From Emiliania huxleyi CCMP1516 (taxonomy: Eukaryota): a stretch of 64,000 nt of DNA. The translations under genes and the position numbers were made by a program. Below are positions 1 to 13,444 of the stretch, in pieces. The stretch is from assembly GCF_000372725.1 (NCBI RefSeq), contig NW_005202427.1:1028459-1092458 (forward strand), in the 5' to 3' direction. Positions within the stretch are counted from its first letter, which is position 1, and every line of letters starts with the position of its first letter. The notes beneath the pieces were generated by a model. That model made no database searches. It saw only the letters and a program-made list of their open reading frames with translations, and was not told where the DNA came from.

Positions 1-690
1 CTCTCGAGCGCTGGTTGGGAGACATGAACACCGCATTCTGCTTCTAGACACGAGATATGGGGAGATATGGGGAGATGCAAGAATCCGCATTCTGCTTCTA
101 GGCCCGCGATCCAAAGGTGGAGTACCCAAAGCCGCCCACGAGGAGGTAGAGGGTCATCGCACCTATGGTGAGCTTGGTAGTGTAACAGACAGCGCAGCAG
201 GGAGGAGTAGAGAAGCAGTGGAATCGTACAGCACATTGCTGTGACAGTGAATGGAGTGTCGTATAGCGCACCGCCGAGGGCGTACAGGTAGAGGAGCAGC
301 ATCCGGCCGCGCGTCGGCTGGTACATCTCGTTCCACAGCGTGGGGGTGGAGATCTGGCACGCATACGCCATCGCGAGGGCGGGGAGCGCGTCGAGGACGC
401 CGCTCATGGTCGTGAAGTAGCTTGCCTCGCCCGGGGGGCACGACTGTTCGTTTGCAGACCCGTCGGTGGGGCAGGCGTCGAAGGTGTCGCCGACCTAGAA
501 GCGAGAGATCTCCCCAGATCCCCCCGCCGTCTCTCGGCGGGGCAGGGGGCGAGCGAGTCGCCGACCATGTCCTCGGGCAGCGCGTACAGCACGACGAGGA
601 GCGTGATTGCGATCAGGATGGCGACGGCGATGAGGGAGGTGAGGCGCAGCGCGTCTGGCGTGAGGACAGGCCGTCAGGAGACTCTCCTCC
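1..690 (-). CDS. Amino-acid transporter (Aa_trans/SLC38-AAAP family), partial, multi-exon
   Basis: Minus-strand exons translate to DALRLTSLIAVAILIAITLLVVLY, VLDALPALAMAYACQISTPTLWNEM and MTLYLLVGGFGYSTFGS, which resemble Aa_trans TM segments. The gene runs off the window and its 5' exons are not resolved. Confidence 0.7.
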
Positions 691-705
691 ACACACACGA
701 GGTTC

Positions 706-783
<78 letters not shown>
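689..783. repeat. (CA)n followed by (GA)n microsatellite
   Basis: Directly visible dinucleotide runs. Confidence 0.95.
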
Positions 784-784
<1 letters not shown>

Positions 785-978
785 GAGCGTGAGGAGGCGC
801 TGTTCACAGCAACGCCGAGTTTGCGAGCTTGGCGGGCTGGTGAATTCTTTCCTGTTTTGCATATGCGGCGCCTTGTTTGTGTACCCCACCTTGCCGCTCG
901 GGTTGGTCTTCGTGAAGGCAACCCACCTCTTCGTCGGACAGTGGCTGAGGCGGACGCGCTGGCAGCTCCTCGGCCACC

Positions 979-3900
979 ATGCCGTTGCCCTACCGCAGCG
1001 CCCAGGCCGTCAAGATCCAAGGGGGGACGGTGCCGGTCAAGCCAGATAAGCAGGCTCTGCTGGACGGCGTAAAGGCAGCGTATACGCAGGCCAAGCAGAA
1101 CGCGGATGCCGCCGCGGCGGCGGCCGAGGATGTTGCCAACGCGATGAAGCAGCTGGAGGATGACGAGGAGCTCGCGCTGCTTAGAACCGACAACAAAGCC
1201 GCGATCAAAGCCTTGACGGCCGAGGAAGCAAAGAACGCACTGAACATGCTGCACCCGGACACTCTGGACACCGCGGCGGCGCCGATGGGTAACCTCAAGG
1301 TCATGCCGACCGACATCCTGCCGTTGGCGTTGTGCGACCAGGACTGGGTGGATGAGATGGGGAAGGTAATCATGGCGGACGGCCGGCCGTATCTCACCAC
1401 GTACCAGCACGATCAGCTGGTGTGCACTCGGAGCACCTCGAGTGCGGTCTGCTCCCTCCACCCGCGCCACAGACCGGGCCTGCCGATGTCGAATAGGTGC
1501 CCTTCTGCATGTGGTGGACCATCTCGCGCTTCCCCGAGTTCCAGGGCCAGCTTGCGGCGAGCGAGATGCCGTGGAAGGCCCGTGCCATACGGCCCCCTCA
1601 CACGAGTATGTCGAGGCTTTGGCGAATAACTTGTAGCGGCCATCGCCACACTCCCTAGCTCAACTGGCGACCCGTACGGGTCGCCAGCCGATCGTCATCA
1701 CACCACCACCTTGTGTGGTGTGGAGAAGCTGACGTTGCCTCGCCTTAGGCCGTCCCGGACGACGACGGCCACGTCCTCGGCCGGCCCTTCGCTCCCCAGC
1801 CCATGCTCGCCTCGCCGTTCCAGAACTTCCCCCTCGTGATGCCTTGGATGGGCTGCCGCTGCGCGTGGCCCGTCTCTCAGCTCGGCTACTACTCGATTTG
1901 CTGGGCGCGCGCGGGAGTCTCCACACTACGCTGTGATCTCATACGAGATGTGATCTCATACGAGCCCCAGTCTCGCACCTCCTGTGTGATCTCAACTCAC
2001 TGGTGTGAGCGCCCCCCCCCCCACACACACATCCCGAGTTGAGACGTACCGCACACACCGTGACACCGTGCAGTCTCATACGACTCTCGCAGTCTCATAC
2101 GACTCAAGCCACTCGATCTCAACCCAACCGGTCTCGCCCGGTGACGCTTTCCACGGGGCTACGGGGCTTGTGCGCTTTGAATGCCGTGGGACTCCTTCTA
2201 GACGTGGAGTCGCGAGGGTCGCCCCCCCCAAGGTGTATGTGTGGAGAAGCTCCTTATCTTTCCTTACCTTCACAGGCGTGCGGTCTGAGCAAGTGGGTCG
2301 CGCTGGCGGTCGAGATCATCATCACCTGTATGGAGCTGCTCTACCTCGACACGCTCCTCCTCCTAGAAGCGGAACACGGAGTCTTGTATTCCAACGAGCG
2401 CTCGAGAGGACACGTATCCGGATGCCCCCCGACAGCGCCTCTGGAGAGCCGCGCTCGCTGCGACACCTCATACCTCAAACCGGATGTATTCAGCTGCTCT
2501 CACTGTCTTCGTATCCCTCGTGTTCACACGGTGCTCTGAATACTCTGCACGAGGCCGTCTTCCCGCCCCGAGGTTGGCGTGCGTATCCACCGCGTAGGCT
2601 CCTCATGCAGCGCTTCTACCAGTACGCGCCCAACTCGCGCTCCTGGGACTACATTGCCAAGCAGCGCTCGCCCCTCACCATCCGCGTCACTGAGGCGAGA
2701 GGGGTGGGGGGGCGAGTTCAGGGGGGGGGGGGGGGGGGCACATTGACCTCAGTGGGTCTCTCCTTCCCAGGTGGTGATTGACTTCATCTTCATGCCCCTA
2801 TTCATTGGTGAGCGTCCTCCCTCTGCTCTTGCACTCTGCTTCCGCTGTCTCCGCGTCCCGTGTGCTCTTACTCCAACGTACCCCCGACCCGCCAGGACTT
2901 CTCGCATTCGGTTCCGACTCCAGCAAGAACCTCAACTACTTCGAGACGAAGACGATGTACCGCATCCTGCTGCGCTCTCTATCGACAAAGGAGGCGGGGC
3001 AGACCTTTGCCTACTGCACCCTCGTCACGTGGTCTGTGCTCACCGAAATCGGGTCTGTGATCTTCCCGGTGAGAGTATATAGAGGACGGGCCGTGGGCGG
3101 ATCCGGCCTGGGGACACTCTGGACCCACTCGCCCGGTTGCGCACTGCAGGCGTACATCACCTTTATGGCGCCGGTGATCTTCCACGTCGTCTACTCGGGC
3201 GAGGTGCTCACAGACATGGCCAGCTTCATCCTCCTCTTTAATACGATCTTCGAGTTCGAGCAAAAGGCGTGTACCTCCCCGCTTCTTTGCTTCGCCGCCT
3301 CCCCGCCTTCTCGCCTCCCCGCCTCCCCGCCTCCCCGCCTCCCCGCGCCTCCCCCGCCTCTCCGCTATCCCAGCGGGATCCCGACAAGCGCGCCACGCGT
3401 CCATACTGCACTACGCCCGTCCTACAAGCTACACACACGCACAGACACCCACACCGCTCACCCACGCGCACCGGGCCGTGCACTTTGAATGCCGTGGGGC
3501 TCCTGTCTTGTAGACGTGGAGTCGCGAGGGTTGCCTGGCCCTTGCCCCACCACCTTGTGTGTGGAGAAGTTTACCTGAACTGACCTTAACTCACCTCCCA
3601 CAGGCTCTCTGGCTCGTGCAGTTTGCCGCGTGTCTGACCGAGGAGCAGCGCACCCTCACCACCACGTTCGTGCAAGGGCATCGCGCGAAGGCGGAGATCC
3701 GCGCCGTCAACCAGGCGTACCTCTGGTTCGCCTTTATCGTCATCTTCTCCATCTTCCTCACCTTCAAGAGCTGGTTCTCCATCCTCTGGATCTGGGTCGT
3801 CCCCTTCTCGATGTTCTACTACACGATGGTGACTCCTCTCAGTCTCCCACACCGCTTGAGTAGTAGAAGTAGGCAACCTTAGTTCCTGAGCCTCTCCTAC

Positions 3901-4870
3901 CGCGTCCTCTCCCCGCCGCGCCCTCTCCCCCGACGCATCCCCCCCCCCCCCCCCCCCCCCTCCAAACAGGTGATCCACTCCGTGCCGTACTGCATGAATG
4001 GGTGGACGGCCTGCCCGGGGCACACGATGCCGTGCATGTGCTTGACCTTTGCGCTGACGTCGCTCACCATGTTCAGCCTCTTCATCCTGAAGCACGGATG
4101 CTTCATGTTCCCGTGCCTCTGCAAGGAGGAAGTGCGCGGCTGGCGCCCTGTAGCACTTGCAGCCCTGCCACCCACGCCCCACCTCGGCCCAGCCACCTCG
4201 GGCCATCTCCCACCTCGGGCCACCTCGGGCCACCTCGGGCCACCTCGGGCCACCTCGGGCCACCTCGGGCCACCCACGCCCCACCTCGGCCCCGGCGGGC
4301 GCCTCGCTGAAGCCCTGTCGTGGCGCACACACTCAGCGGTGCCGCCACCTCTTCGCCCCCACCCAGGTCCCCGGCTGGCTCTTCTTCCCCTCCTCCACGG
4401 CGCTCACCTCGCCGCTGCGAGGCATCTTCGAGACGTCTTGAACGAAGATTCAGTTAACTATCAATTGTGACAACGACTACTACGACTAGGTATCTTCGAC
4501 GTCAACCTGTGGTTCTTCGAACGGCCCGTCACGCGGCTGATCGACTGGTTCACCGCAGCCGCGTGGGACGACGACTGCCGGTGGGAGCCGACGGCGAGCA
4601 GCTTCAAGTCGCAGGCCTTCATGTGGCGCGTGTGGCGCGTCACCGGCACGCGCCCCCCCTCGGGCCGGCGTCGGCTCTCTCCGCTCGACGCCGCAACGTC
4701 GCGCGACTGTTGCGACCTTAGGCATCGGCCCCGATGAGTGCCTCAAGCCTACATACGGCGGCTGCAGCGACCCGTGCGCGCGCCACGCCGCCCCGGGCGC
4801 GGGGCGATGCAGCACTGCCAAGCTGACGCCCGCTCGCCTGCGCCGCTCTAGGTGGGAGAGGGACGACACT
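979..4870 (+). CDS. Multi-exon multipass membrane protein of unknown function; linkage of the 979-1420 helical exon is uncertain
   Basis: Hydrophobic exons such as VALAVEIIITCMELLYLD, AYITFMAPVIFHVVYSGE and YLWFAFIVIFSIFLTFKSWFSILWIWVVPFSMFYY are separated by AG-terminated pyrimidine-rich introns. Confidence 0.5.
2168..2275 (+). repeat. Intron-resident dispersed repeat (second copy 3478-3603, partial copy 1703-1730)
   Basis: Shared tttgaatgccgtggg..tagacgtggagtcgcgaggg..gtgtggagaag. The two longer copies each end at an acceptor cacAG. Confidence 0.8.
4180..4291. repeat. 10-bp tandem minisatellite (gccacctcgg) in an intron
   Basis: Directly visible tandem array. Confidence 0.9.
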
Positions 4871-5381
4871 CTGGCTGATGAGGAGGTGAACGGCGGTTCA
4901 CTGGGGACGCTCGGCGGCTTTGACAACCAGCGGCAGGGATGAGGCCCCCGGTCGAGATACGTACGGCTCTATGTACGCGTCTTTTCTTTGTGTAGCATTG
5001 GAAGTAGGATTAGGGCCAGCACCGCAGGGGGGGGATGACCGTTGTATAGTGTGTACCATTTGGGCAAACGGCGCGATACGAAAAGGCAGGGCGAGGCGGA
5101 TGGAGAAAGGAGTACCGAAAAGGCAGTGGAGGAGGGGGGGTGGCGGGTGGAGCTGGAGGGACAGGGGTCAGGGCCGGACGACACGAGGGCGAGATGACGA
5201 GCGCCGAGCGGCCCGCACAGACCGCAAGCAGACAGCGCCTGCTGGTCATTTCGAGGCATTCGCAAAGAACGCTAGCTACATGGGGAAGGATGGATTGACA
5301 ATCATACGAACAAAGAATAGAGGCGACGGCAGGTAGGAGCCGGCAGAGGATGCAGTGACGTGACCCCCTCCCCCCCTTTCT

Positions 5382-5383
<2 letters not shown>

Positions 5384-5420
<37 letters not shown>

Positions 5421-5426
5421 ACACAG

Positions 5427-5490
<64 letters not shown>
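5384..5490. repeat. (CA)n microsatellite
   Basis: Directly visible. Confidence 0.95.
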
Positions 5491-5491
<1 letters not shown>

Positions 5492-6975
5492 GCTCACACC
5501 CACGCGCACTGGCACGACACTCTCTCTCGCAGCACACTGGCACGACAAGGGCGTGGACTGGCGCACACTAGCACACACATCGGCACATAAAACAGAGGTA
5601 GAGGATTCCTTGAAATATGTCCATGTGCTTGACGTCCGCTTGTGAGCTATGCAGAGGAGCAGAGCACGCCGCATGCTCCGCAGCTCATCGTCTTTACTGC
5701 AGCCGGCGCCGTCCTTGTCGTCGCCCCTGCTGCCGGCGGCCTCGCTGCCGCCGCCGATAGCAGCTGGCCGCTGCTACCAGCGTCACCGGCGGCACGTAGC
5801 CGTCGCTCATCTTCCCTTGGCGTGCCGCCGCCGCTTTGCCACCGCCGTCCCGAGCGCGTCGGCTTTTCCCTCCACGTCCGCTCGGCGTCGTCTGCCTTGG
5901 CGGAAGCACCGCCTCCGCCATCAGGGTCGAGAGCGATGGGAGAGAGCCTCCCAGTCCCAAGGGGCAGGCCCGGTAGAGGGGGTGTTGCGCGATTCCAGTC
6001 ACGGTAGAGGGGGCGGCGCGGCGGCGGGGGTGGCGGCCGTTGGCGGGGACGGCGATGAAGGAGGTAGAGGGAGTGAAGGAGGTAGAGGTTGCGCACCGGT
6101 GGAGGGGGCGGTGGCGGCGGGGGACGGGTGTGGCGGCCGTCGCTGCCGCGGATGTGGCGGCGGCGGGGGCGGTGGAAGACGAGGCGGGCGACGCTGATGC
6201 GGGCCCCAACATACAGTGGTGGTACCGAAGCCCGCGAAAGGCACGGCGGCGACGCGGCGTTGCAGCTCTCCCATCTTCCCTTTTAGCTCTTCGATCCGCG
6301 AGATTGCGTAACTCCTCGATCCGTTTGTTGATCCCGCGCCGCAGATTCTGCTCCGACCCTCTCCCGTTGCTCCTCGGTTAGCGTGGCTCCAGGCGGCACC
6401 AATGGCCTCACAATGTGGCAGGTGATGAATACCATGGCGCGCAACAACAAGCGCGCTACTACTCGCCCGAAGAGTTGCGCGAGGAGTATGTGCGAGCTGT
6501 ATTCGAGAGCTGCGACTTTGGCGGCACCGAGGAGGTGACCACGCTGTGTACTACATTGCCAAGGGCATGGTGAAGGGAGGGCGCGCTGCGGATGACTGTT
6601 TCTCGAGTGGGGTGAAGTGGACCGAGTGGAGGCGAGGAGGCGACGGAGTCGACGGCGGCTGGCCAGGTCAGGCAGCGCGCATGTGTTACACCGGGTGTGG
6701 GGACGCATGTGACAACGCTAAACCGCGACAAAGCAAGAACCAACGCACTCTCTCATGACAAGTCATGGGATCCCACGACAGCGGTGGTGTGTGTGTGTGT
6801 GTGTGTGTGTGTGTGGTGTGGGGTGAAGGGGGATGGGGGGGCGTGTACTAGATTTTTGCGGCAGCGTCTCTTCCCCCGCAGACCTTTAATTGTCTGTCGC
6901 CACCCCCAGGGTGCGGTAAATGTTTTTCTTCGCGCGGCGTCTCGTAGTCCCCGGGAAGAACGTCGGATAGAAGCC

Positions 6976-7031
6976 ATGCTCGCCTCCTCGGCGAGGCCCA
7001 ACTTCCTCCTCATCCTAATGGACGATATGGG
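6976..7031 (+). pseudogene. Orphan 5' fragment of a sulfatase paralog (MLASSARPNFLLILMDDMG)
   Basis: Matches the RPNFLLILVDDMG start of the downstream sulfatase, then diverges abruptly. Confidence 0.7.
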
Positions 7032-7735
7032 GACCCGTGTTTACTTTAAGGCCCTTGCCCTGCGAACGCGCACCCCCGGGGCTAGGGCTCTCTAGCCCGT
7101 AACCCGATCCCGATCATCCGGCCCGCTGGGTGCGCTTCTGAGCTCCCCGGCCCTGGATGTGAGGTTGATAACTGCACTCCAAGTGCTCCAAGTGCGCGAT
7201 GGAAACGTAGTGATCCAAACGGCTCGGCCACCGGCGAGCAGAGGCAAGCGCGTCTTGCATGCAGGGGTCGTCGAGGAGCTTGGACATCGGCGGCAGCCCA
7301 AACGCGCCGATCGAACGGAGGACCTTGTCCTCCACAACCCAGCCGCCCTCGGCCATGAGGACGAAGTCAACCTTGTCGTTGTAGGCACGGGACTGGCGCA
7401 CTGTGGCACTAATACAGGTACACCACGGGAGCCGCCTAAGCGACAGAAGAATTCCGTCGCTCGCGCGGGGGGGCGGGGACGGGGCGGGGGGCGGGGGGGG
7501 GGCACGCAGGAGCAGTCAGTCACACACCTACTCCGGCTCCCACCCCTGATCCCACCCCACCGAACAGAAGAAATAATATACGGAGGTCACCCACACCCCG
7601 GGCACGGCCGCACCTCGTGCAGCACTCTGTCCGCACGGAACACCGCCAAGGTGTCCAGCCGCGGGATCACCTCAAAAATGGCGAAGTGTGAACGGCGTTC
7701 CACTTCGGCGACGACGGTCCGCGTGGGAGAGAAGG

Positions 7736-9674
7736 ATGGTCGACTCCTCGACTTCTCGACTCCGACGCCCCAACTTCCTCCTCATTTTAGTCGACGATAT
7801 GGGCGTGGGAGATATTCCGTGCGTGCAGGGAGGCAGTACGCTCGTCTCGTGCGAGGTGCCGTCATGGGGCCATCCCTTTGCGGAGATGCCGGCGCTGTCG
7901 CGGCTGCAACGCGAGGGGACGCGCTTCACACAGGCATACACGCAGGGCCTGACGTGCTCGCCCTCGCGGGCAGCGCTCATGACTGGGCTCTGGCCGGTTC
8001 GCACGACCCTGGGAGATCCGGCGGTGGTGGGCTTGGGGCGCCGTCCAACCGTTGCTGGGTTGCTGCAGCAGGCGGGATACCGGACGGCGAGCTTTGGCAA
8101 GTGGAACATCGGCTCCGACACTGTCAGCCCCATGGGAAAAGATCTGTACCCGCCCGCCGGTACGTACGGCTTCGAGACGATTCAGGGGTCAGGAAAGCCG
8201 CTGCAGCTCCCTTGTGCGTCGCTCCGCAGCAGCAGTGCGTGCCGCCTCGAACCGCGTCGCTGCGCGTGGAACGGGTCGAAGAACAACGCCACGTGCGGCG
8301 ACGCCACCCAGCCTGCGCCGCAGGCTGGAAGAGCTCTTAGCGAGGCGCATCAGACGTGGTGGGGCCGAGACGACGCGTTCTTTACGGCAGCGATCGCGTG
8401 GCTTCACCGCACGGAACGCGTGGCCCCCCGCCGCCCCTTCTATCTACACGTGTGGCCGGTCACGCCACACAGACCGGTCCCGCGGCGGTGGTCGTGGCTG
8501 GCGAAGCGGCTGCTGCCACAGCTCAAGGGCCTCGACGAGACGCGGTTCGGGCAGACGGCCTAGATGCATGAGAAGATGACGCGTACCCCTGCGGCGCTCA
8601 GATGGATCACGAAAAGCCCGAATCCTCATGCACCCTTGTCACACTCTCTATAGGCCGGGGATGCAGGAGAAGATCCGCCGGCACCGCAAGGAGTGCTTCG
8701 GCTGGTCGATGTTGGGGCGGCGCACGGAGCGGGCGAATGGGACGGGCTCCCCTGAGAGACGGCACGGTGCGGGGCAAATTGCGGGGCACGGGCGAGAGCA
8801 CTCCATACCCTGCTCCGCCGCCGTCGAGAAGGGCAAGTCGGAGGGGCTGGTCGAGGAGGGGCTCGCGGCGTACTTGGGCGAGCTCTATGGCATGGACCGA
8901 GGGATGGGCCGGCTCTTCGCCGCGCTCGACGCGCTCAAACGCACCAACGACACAGTCACGCTCTTTACGAGCGATCACGGTCCGGAGAAGAAGCTCGCGG
9001 GGGAGATGGGGTACACGGGCCTCGCGCGGGGCTACAAGACCAGCACACTTGAAGGCGGCATCCGGCTGCCGTATGTGCTGCGCTGGCCGAACGGGGGCGT
9101 ACCACCCGGCCGGGTCGACGGGGCGTCGGTCATCTCCAACGTGGACTGGCTGCCGACCGTGCTGCGCCTCGCAAAGGTTGCGGCGTCGGGGCGCCGCTGG
9201 GGCGGGGACGGAGTGGACGTGCTGCCGCACTGGCTCGGACGCACCGGTGCGCTGCCGCACCGGAAGCCTCTCTTCTGGTCGAGTACGAGTTGGCGAAAGA
9301 TGGTCGTGCGCGTCGGCCCGTGGAAGCTGACCGGCGTCGAGCGGGAGCGGCCGGCGTGCAACAGCAGCGGCATAGCCGGGTTGCCGCTGCGGCTCTTCAC
9401 CGCCGCGGAGCTGAACGAGCTGAAGCTCCTCAATGGCACGAGCTGCACGCGCCTCGGCCTGGCGAGCCTCTACCACATAGACCGCGACCCGGCCGAGGAG
9501 CGCAACCTACTGGAGATGCTTATCGCCCCCCCGCCGGCTGCGGATGCCCGCCTGGCAGAGCATGTGGCGTCGGCCGCGCGCCGCTGCGTGCGGCTGGTCT
9601 CCACAGAGTACCGCCCGCTGCTCAAGCTGGAGGGTGCTTATAGCCCCTTTGGTTCGGTAAAGCGCATGCTATGA
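7736..9674 (+). CDS. Formylglycine-dependent (S1) sulfatase, two exons
   Basis: RPNFLLILVDDMG, CSPSRAALMTG (CxPxR), GYRTASFGKW, FTSDHG, EGGIRLP and LYHIDRDPAE motifs. Intron at about 8550-8653. Confidence 0.92.
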
Positions 9675-9915
9675 GTGTGTGTGTAGTCCGTGCATGTGCA
9701 TCGGGCATGTGCATATGATATGTGGGCTGTGGCACCTACGGCTCCGCTAAGTCTCACGCGAGGGGGTCGGGGGGCCGGTCACGTGCGAGCTCAAACCTCC
9801 ATCCTCCGACCTACCTTGCGACGCGATTTAGCGTCTGGGCCAGCCGAAATTCTTTCCGCCCCGTTGCCGCTGCCGCCGCCGCCTTCGCCTCCGCCTTCGC
9901 CTGGGGCCTGCAACC

Positions 9916-12242
9916 ATGCAAAGGCCGCACTGGCCGCAGCAACAACGCGCTCCGCCATGTGCCAACCACCACGCAATGCACCAGCAGCACCCTCAGTGGC
10001 AGCAGCCGCCGCCGCCGCACGCTCGCGCATACGGCTACAACCAACACGGAGGAGGGTGCCGGGCGATGCCGGGGTATGGGGCGATGCCGCCCAGCTACCA
10101 GCATCCTCCCACGCCGCAGTACCTCGGCTACGGCCAACAGTACGCGGCCGCGCCACACCCGTACGGCCAGAGCCCCGCCGCCGCGCAGCACCATGCGCAG
10201 CATCCGGCCTACGCAGCGCAGCAGTGGAGCGCGTGCTCCGCCGCCGCCGCGGCCGGAGCCGTGGCTATGGCTGCGGCTGTCTCCGGCGCCGGCGCCGGCG
10301 CCGCGTTCGTGCCGCCAGCTGAGATGCAGCCCAAGGAGCAGCGGGCCGCCGCCGAGTTCGATCGGCCAGAGGCGCAGGCGGCAGAGGCGGCGGAGGAGGA
10401 GGCGGCGGAGGAGGCGGCGGAAGAGCAGGAGGCGCCGCGCGAGGAGCTGACCGAGTGGAGCGTGCAGCAGAAGCCGTTCGGGGACGAGGAGCAGGACGAG
10501 GCTGCGGCGGAGGAGGTCACCTCGCGCCGCCCCGCCGACCCGGACGGCACGACTCGCTCGGAGGTTTCTCGGAGCTTTCTCGACGAGCTGCGCGAGCTTC
10601 GCCATGTGAATTAATCAAGTGTTGCTGTATCACTCGGAGGCGCTTCTCGACGAGCTCGAGCGGCTCGGCCTCCTCCGGCCTGGCGAGCTGGTCGACGCGC
10701 TCCTCGAGCGGCTGCCGCGGCTGGTGGGGCGGGGCGGGGGCGGGGGCGGCGCCACGAAGGTGAAGAGCCCGATGAGAAGAACACATCAGCATGCAAGTAC
10801 AGCAGAAGCATGGGTGCTGCGCCCCAGGCGGCGCTCTTCACCTTCGTCACCGGCCTCGGCGCGTGCGGCGATCAGCTCGCCGTACGGTCGGGGGGGGGGA
10901 CGCACGCGCCGCTGCGAGACGACGAGGCCCTCGCCGCCACCCGCTCGCTGCTGCGCTCCGGACGGCCGTCGCTCGTGATCAACGACGCAAAGTTCCTCGA
11001 CTCGCAGTTTGGTGTCGCGGCGCGGAGGCGGCTCGGCTGCGCGGCCGGCGGGCTCTTGCTGGCTCTGGTGGCGGAGGAGGCTTCGGGCGCCGGGGGGGAG
11101 CGAGACAGCGCGCTCCTCCGGCCGCTCGGCGCTCGCACTAGCCCTACAGTGCACGACTCTTTGACGCTCTCTTGACGGTCTCCCCATATCTGACCGTATC
11201 TCACCCCCTCCGGGTGGCTGCATACCACTGTTGTGTCTCGCGTTGCGGGGGGGGGGAGCGGAAGGAGGAAGCTCTTCCCACTCCGCCGTCTCCCGCCGTA
11301 TCCCCCCGGAAGGAGTTGCCCGAGATCAGGCGAGATCAGGCGAGCGGCCCCCCGAGACCTAGGCGTCCTCGAGGTCCTGACCGCGGCCCCGCTGAGCGCC
11401 GCGACGCAGAAGGGCGTGCTCGCCGCCGCCCGCGGCCTGCCCGGCCTCCTCCGGCGCGCGCACGCCTCCTTCAACGCCGCAAAGGAGGCCGCCATCGCAG
11501 CCTCGAAAGACGCCGCTGCCGCCGTCCGCGAGTCTCTCCCGGCGGCGACGGCGTCTCTGGCCACCGCCGCCGCCGCGACGGCGACGCCGGCGCCAGCATC
11601 AGGAAAGGCGGCGGCCGCCGCCGCTGCCGTGGCGGCGTTGAGTGGGCGCGTCGAGGCTGCGGGCCGTTTGGCGTGGCTGGAGCGGCAGTGGGCTGCCGAG
11701 TGGGAGCTGTGGTCGCGCTTGGCCGAGGAGGAGTCGCCGCTGCTCGCGGAGGCGTGGTGGCGGCTGCCGCTGCCTCGTAGGCTGCTGATTGGCAAGGCGG
11801 CCGCACTCCGGCGACGGCACGGGGATGACTGGACCCACCGATTACGAGGGCGCTCCCCCCCCCTCCCCTCCTTCTCAGGCGGCGACGTACCGGCTCGCAC
11901 ACGGGCTGCACTTCGAGGCGAGAGCCCTCCCTCGCTCTAGAGGCGGAGGACACGGCTGCTGAGCCCTCACTCTCTCTCCAGAGGGGAGGACACGACTCTA
12001 GAGGCGGGGGACACGGCTGCTGAAGCGCGGGGAGCGTGACTGCTCTCAGGCGAAGCTGCGGCGGAGGCGCGGCCGGGAGACGGGCTACGCTTTTCTCCGC
12101 GGCGGCGAGGACGCGCAGCTCTACGTCGCCGCGGTCGAGGCGGGAACCCCGCTCGAGGACCCGCCTGTATTTCTTTGTGGCACTCGGGTTTCGTTTCTCA
12201 CAGGCGGGAGTGCCGCTCGAGGAGCTGAGCGCCGCGGGGCGA

Positions 12243-12298
<56 letters not shown>

Positions 12299-12337
12299 AG
12301 GCGGTGGCGGCGGCGGCGGTGGCGGCAATGGCGACAA

Positions 12338-12370
<33 letters not shown>

Positions 12371-13280
12371 TTTTGGTCGCGATCAGGGGCTGCGCGAGGC
12401 GTCCATCGCCGCAAGCTTCAACGAGGCGCTCAAGGACGACGACAGGACGGCCGCGAGCACGGAGGAGGAGCCGCCGCCGCCGAGCAGCGCCGGCGCGCCG
12501 CAGGCGCGCCCACCCGCGCCAGCGGGCGCGGGCGCTGGCACAGCGGACAGCACGAAGTGCAGCATTCTGGCGGACGACGTCCCGCGTGAGGGGTGGACGC
12601 TCGTCGCGGAAGCTGGCCAGCCGTCGTATTACTGGCACGCCGAGTCTGGGCTAACTCGATGGGAGCCGCCCCGCGCCGCGGCGGCGGCACACGCGACGGC
12701 GACAGAGGCGCGAGGTGGCGGCGGCGGCACAGAGGCCGGCGGCAGCACCGACGCGCGCGGCGGGTGGACTCTCGTCGTCGAACTTGGGCAGCACCCGTAC
12801 TACTGGCACGAGGCGAGCGGCGAGGTCCGCTGGGAGAAGCCGGCCACCGCCGCGGCGCCGGCCCCGGCTGATGGTGGCCCCAGGGCCGCTGTCGTGCAGG
12901 GCGGAGGCGCGAGCTTGCCAGACAAGGCGACGCCCCCTCAGCCTTCACAAGAGCCGCTGCCGCCGCCTCAGCAGCTCCTTCCACCGCCACCGCTACGCCC
13001 TCCTCAGCAATTTCTTCCACCACCGCCGCTGCGCCCTCCGCACATGTCGATGCGCCCTTCGCTCTTGCCGCTGCACCCTCCGCAAATGCCGCCGCGCCCT
13101 CCGATGCGACCCATGCCCGGCCCGCCTTTTCGACCAGTCCCCGCCCCGCCCATGCGACCGATGCCCGGTGGCTTGCCCTTGCGCCCGATGCAGTACTTGC
13201 CTCTGCCTCCAGCGCCCAAGCGCCAGCGGCTCCCGCCGCCGCCGCCTCCACCGTTTCGAGCGGGTCCACATCTGCCCTGA
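9916..13280 (+). CDS. Multi-exon low-complexity protein with two WW domains and a Pro-rich C-terminus
   Basis: GWTLVAEAGQPSYYWHAESGLTRWEPP and GWTLVVELGQHPYYWHEASGEVRWEKP, plus a Q/Y/P-rich N-terminus. Joining of the upstream ORFs is inferred. Confidence 0.6.
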
Positions 13281-13444
13281 AAGGCGGCGGGCTGTCGCCC
13301 CGCGCACGGCGGCTCTTTAGACAGCTGACCGGGCCGCCCCGCGTACTGCTGAGCTCTCGCTCTTGATAGCATTGATGAGATTAGACCGCGCGGAGGGCTG
13401 TGGAACGACAAAAAGCAAGCGTTTTTAAAAAAGCAAGCGTGCTT

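Noticed and set aside
5640..6760. Genes in short GC-rich ORFs
   Set aside because: Frames are inconsistent and no motif is recognisable; left unannotated.
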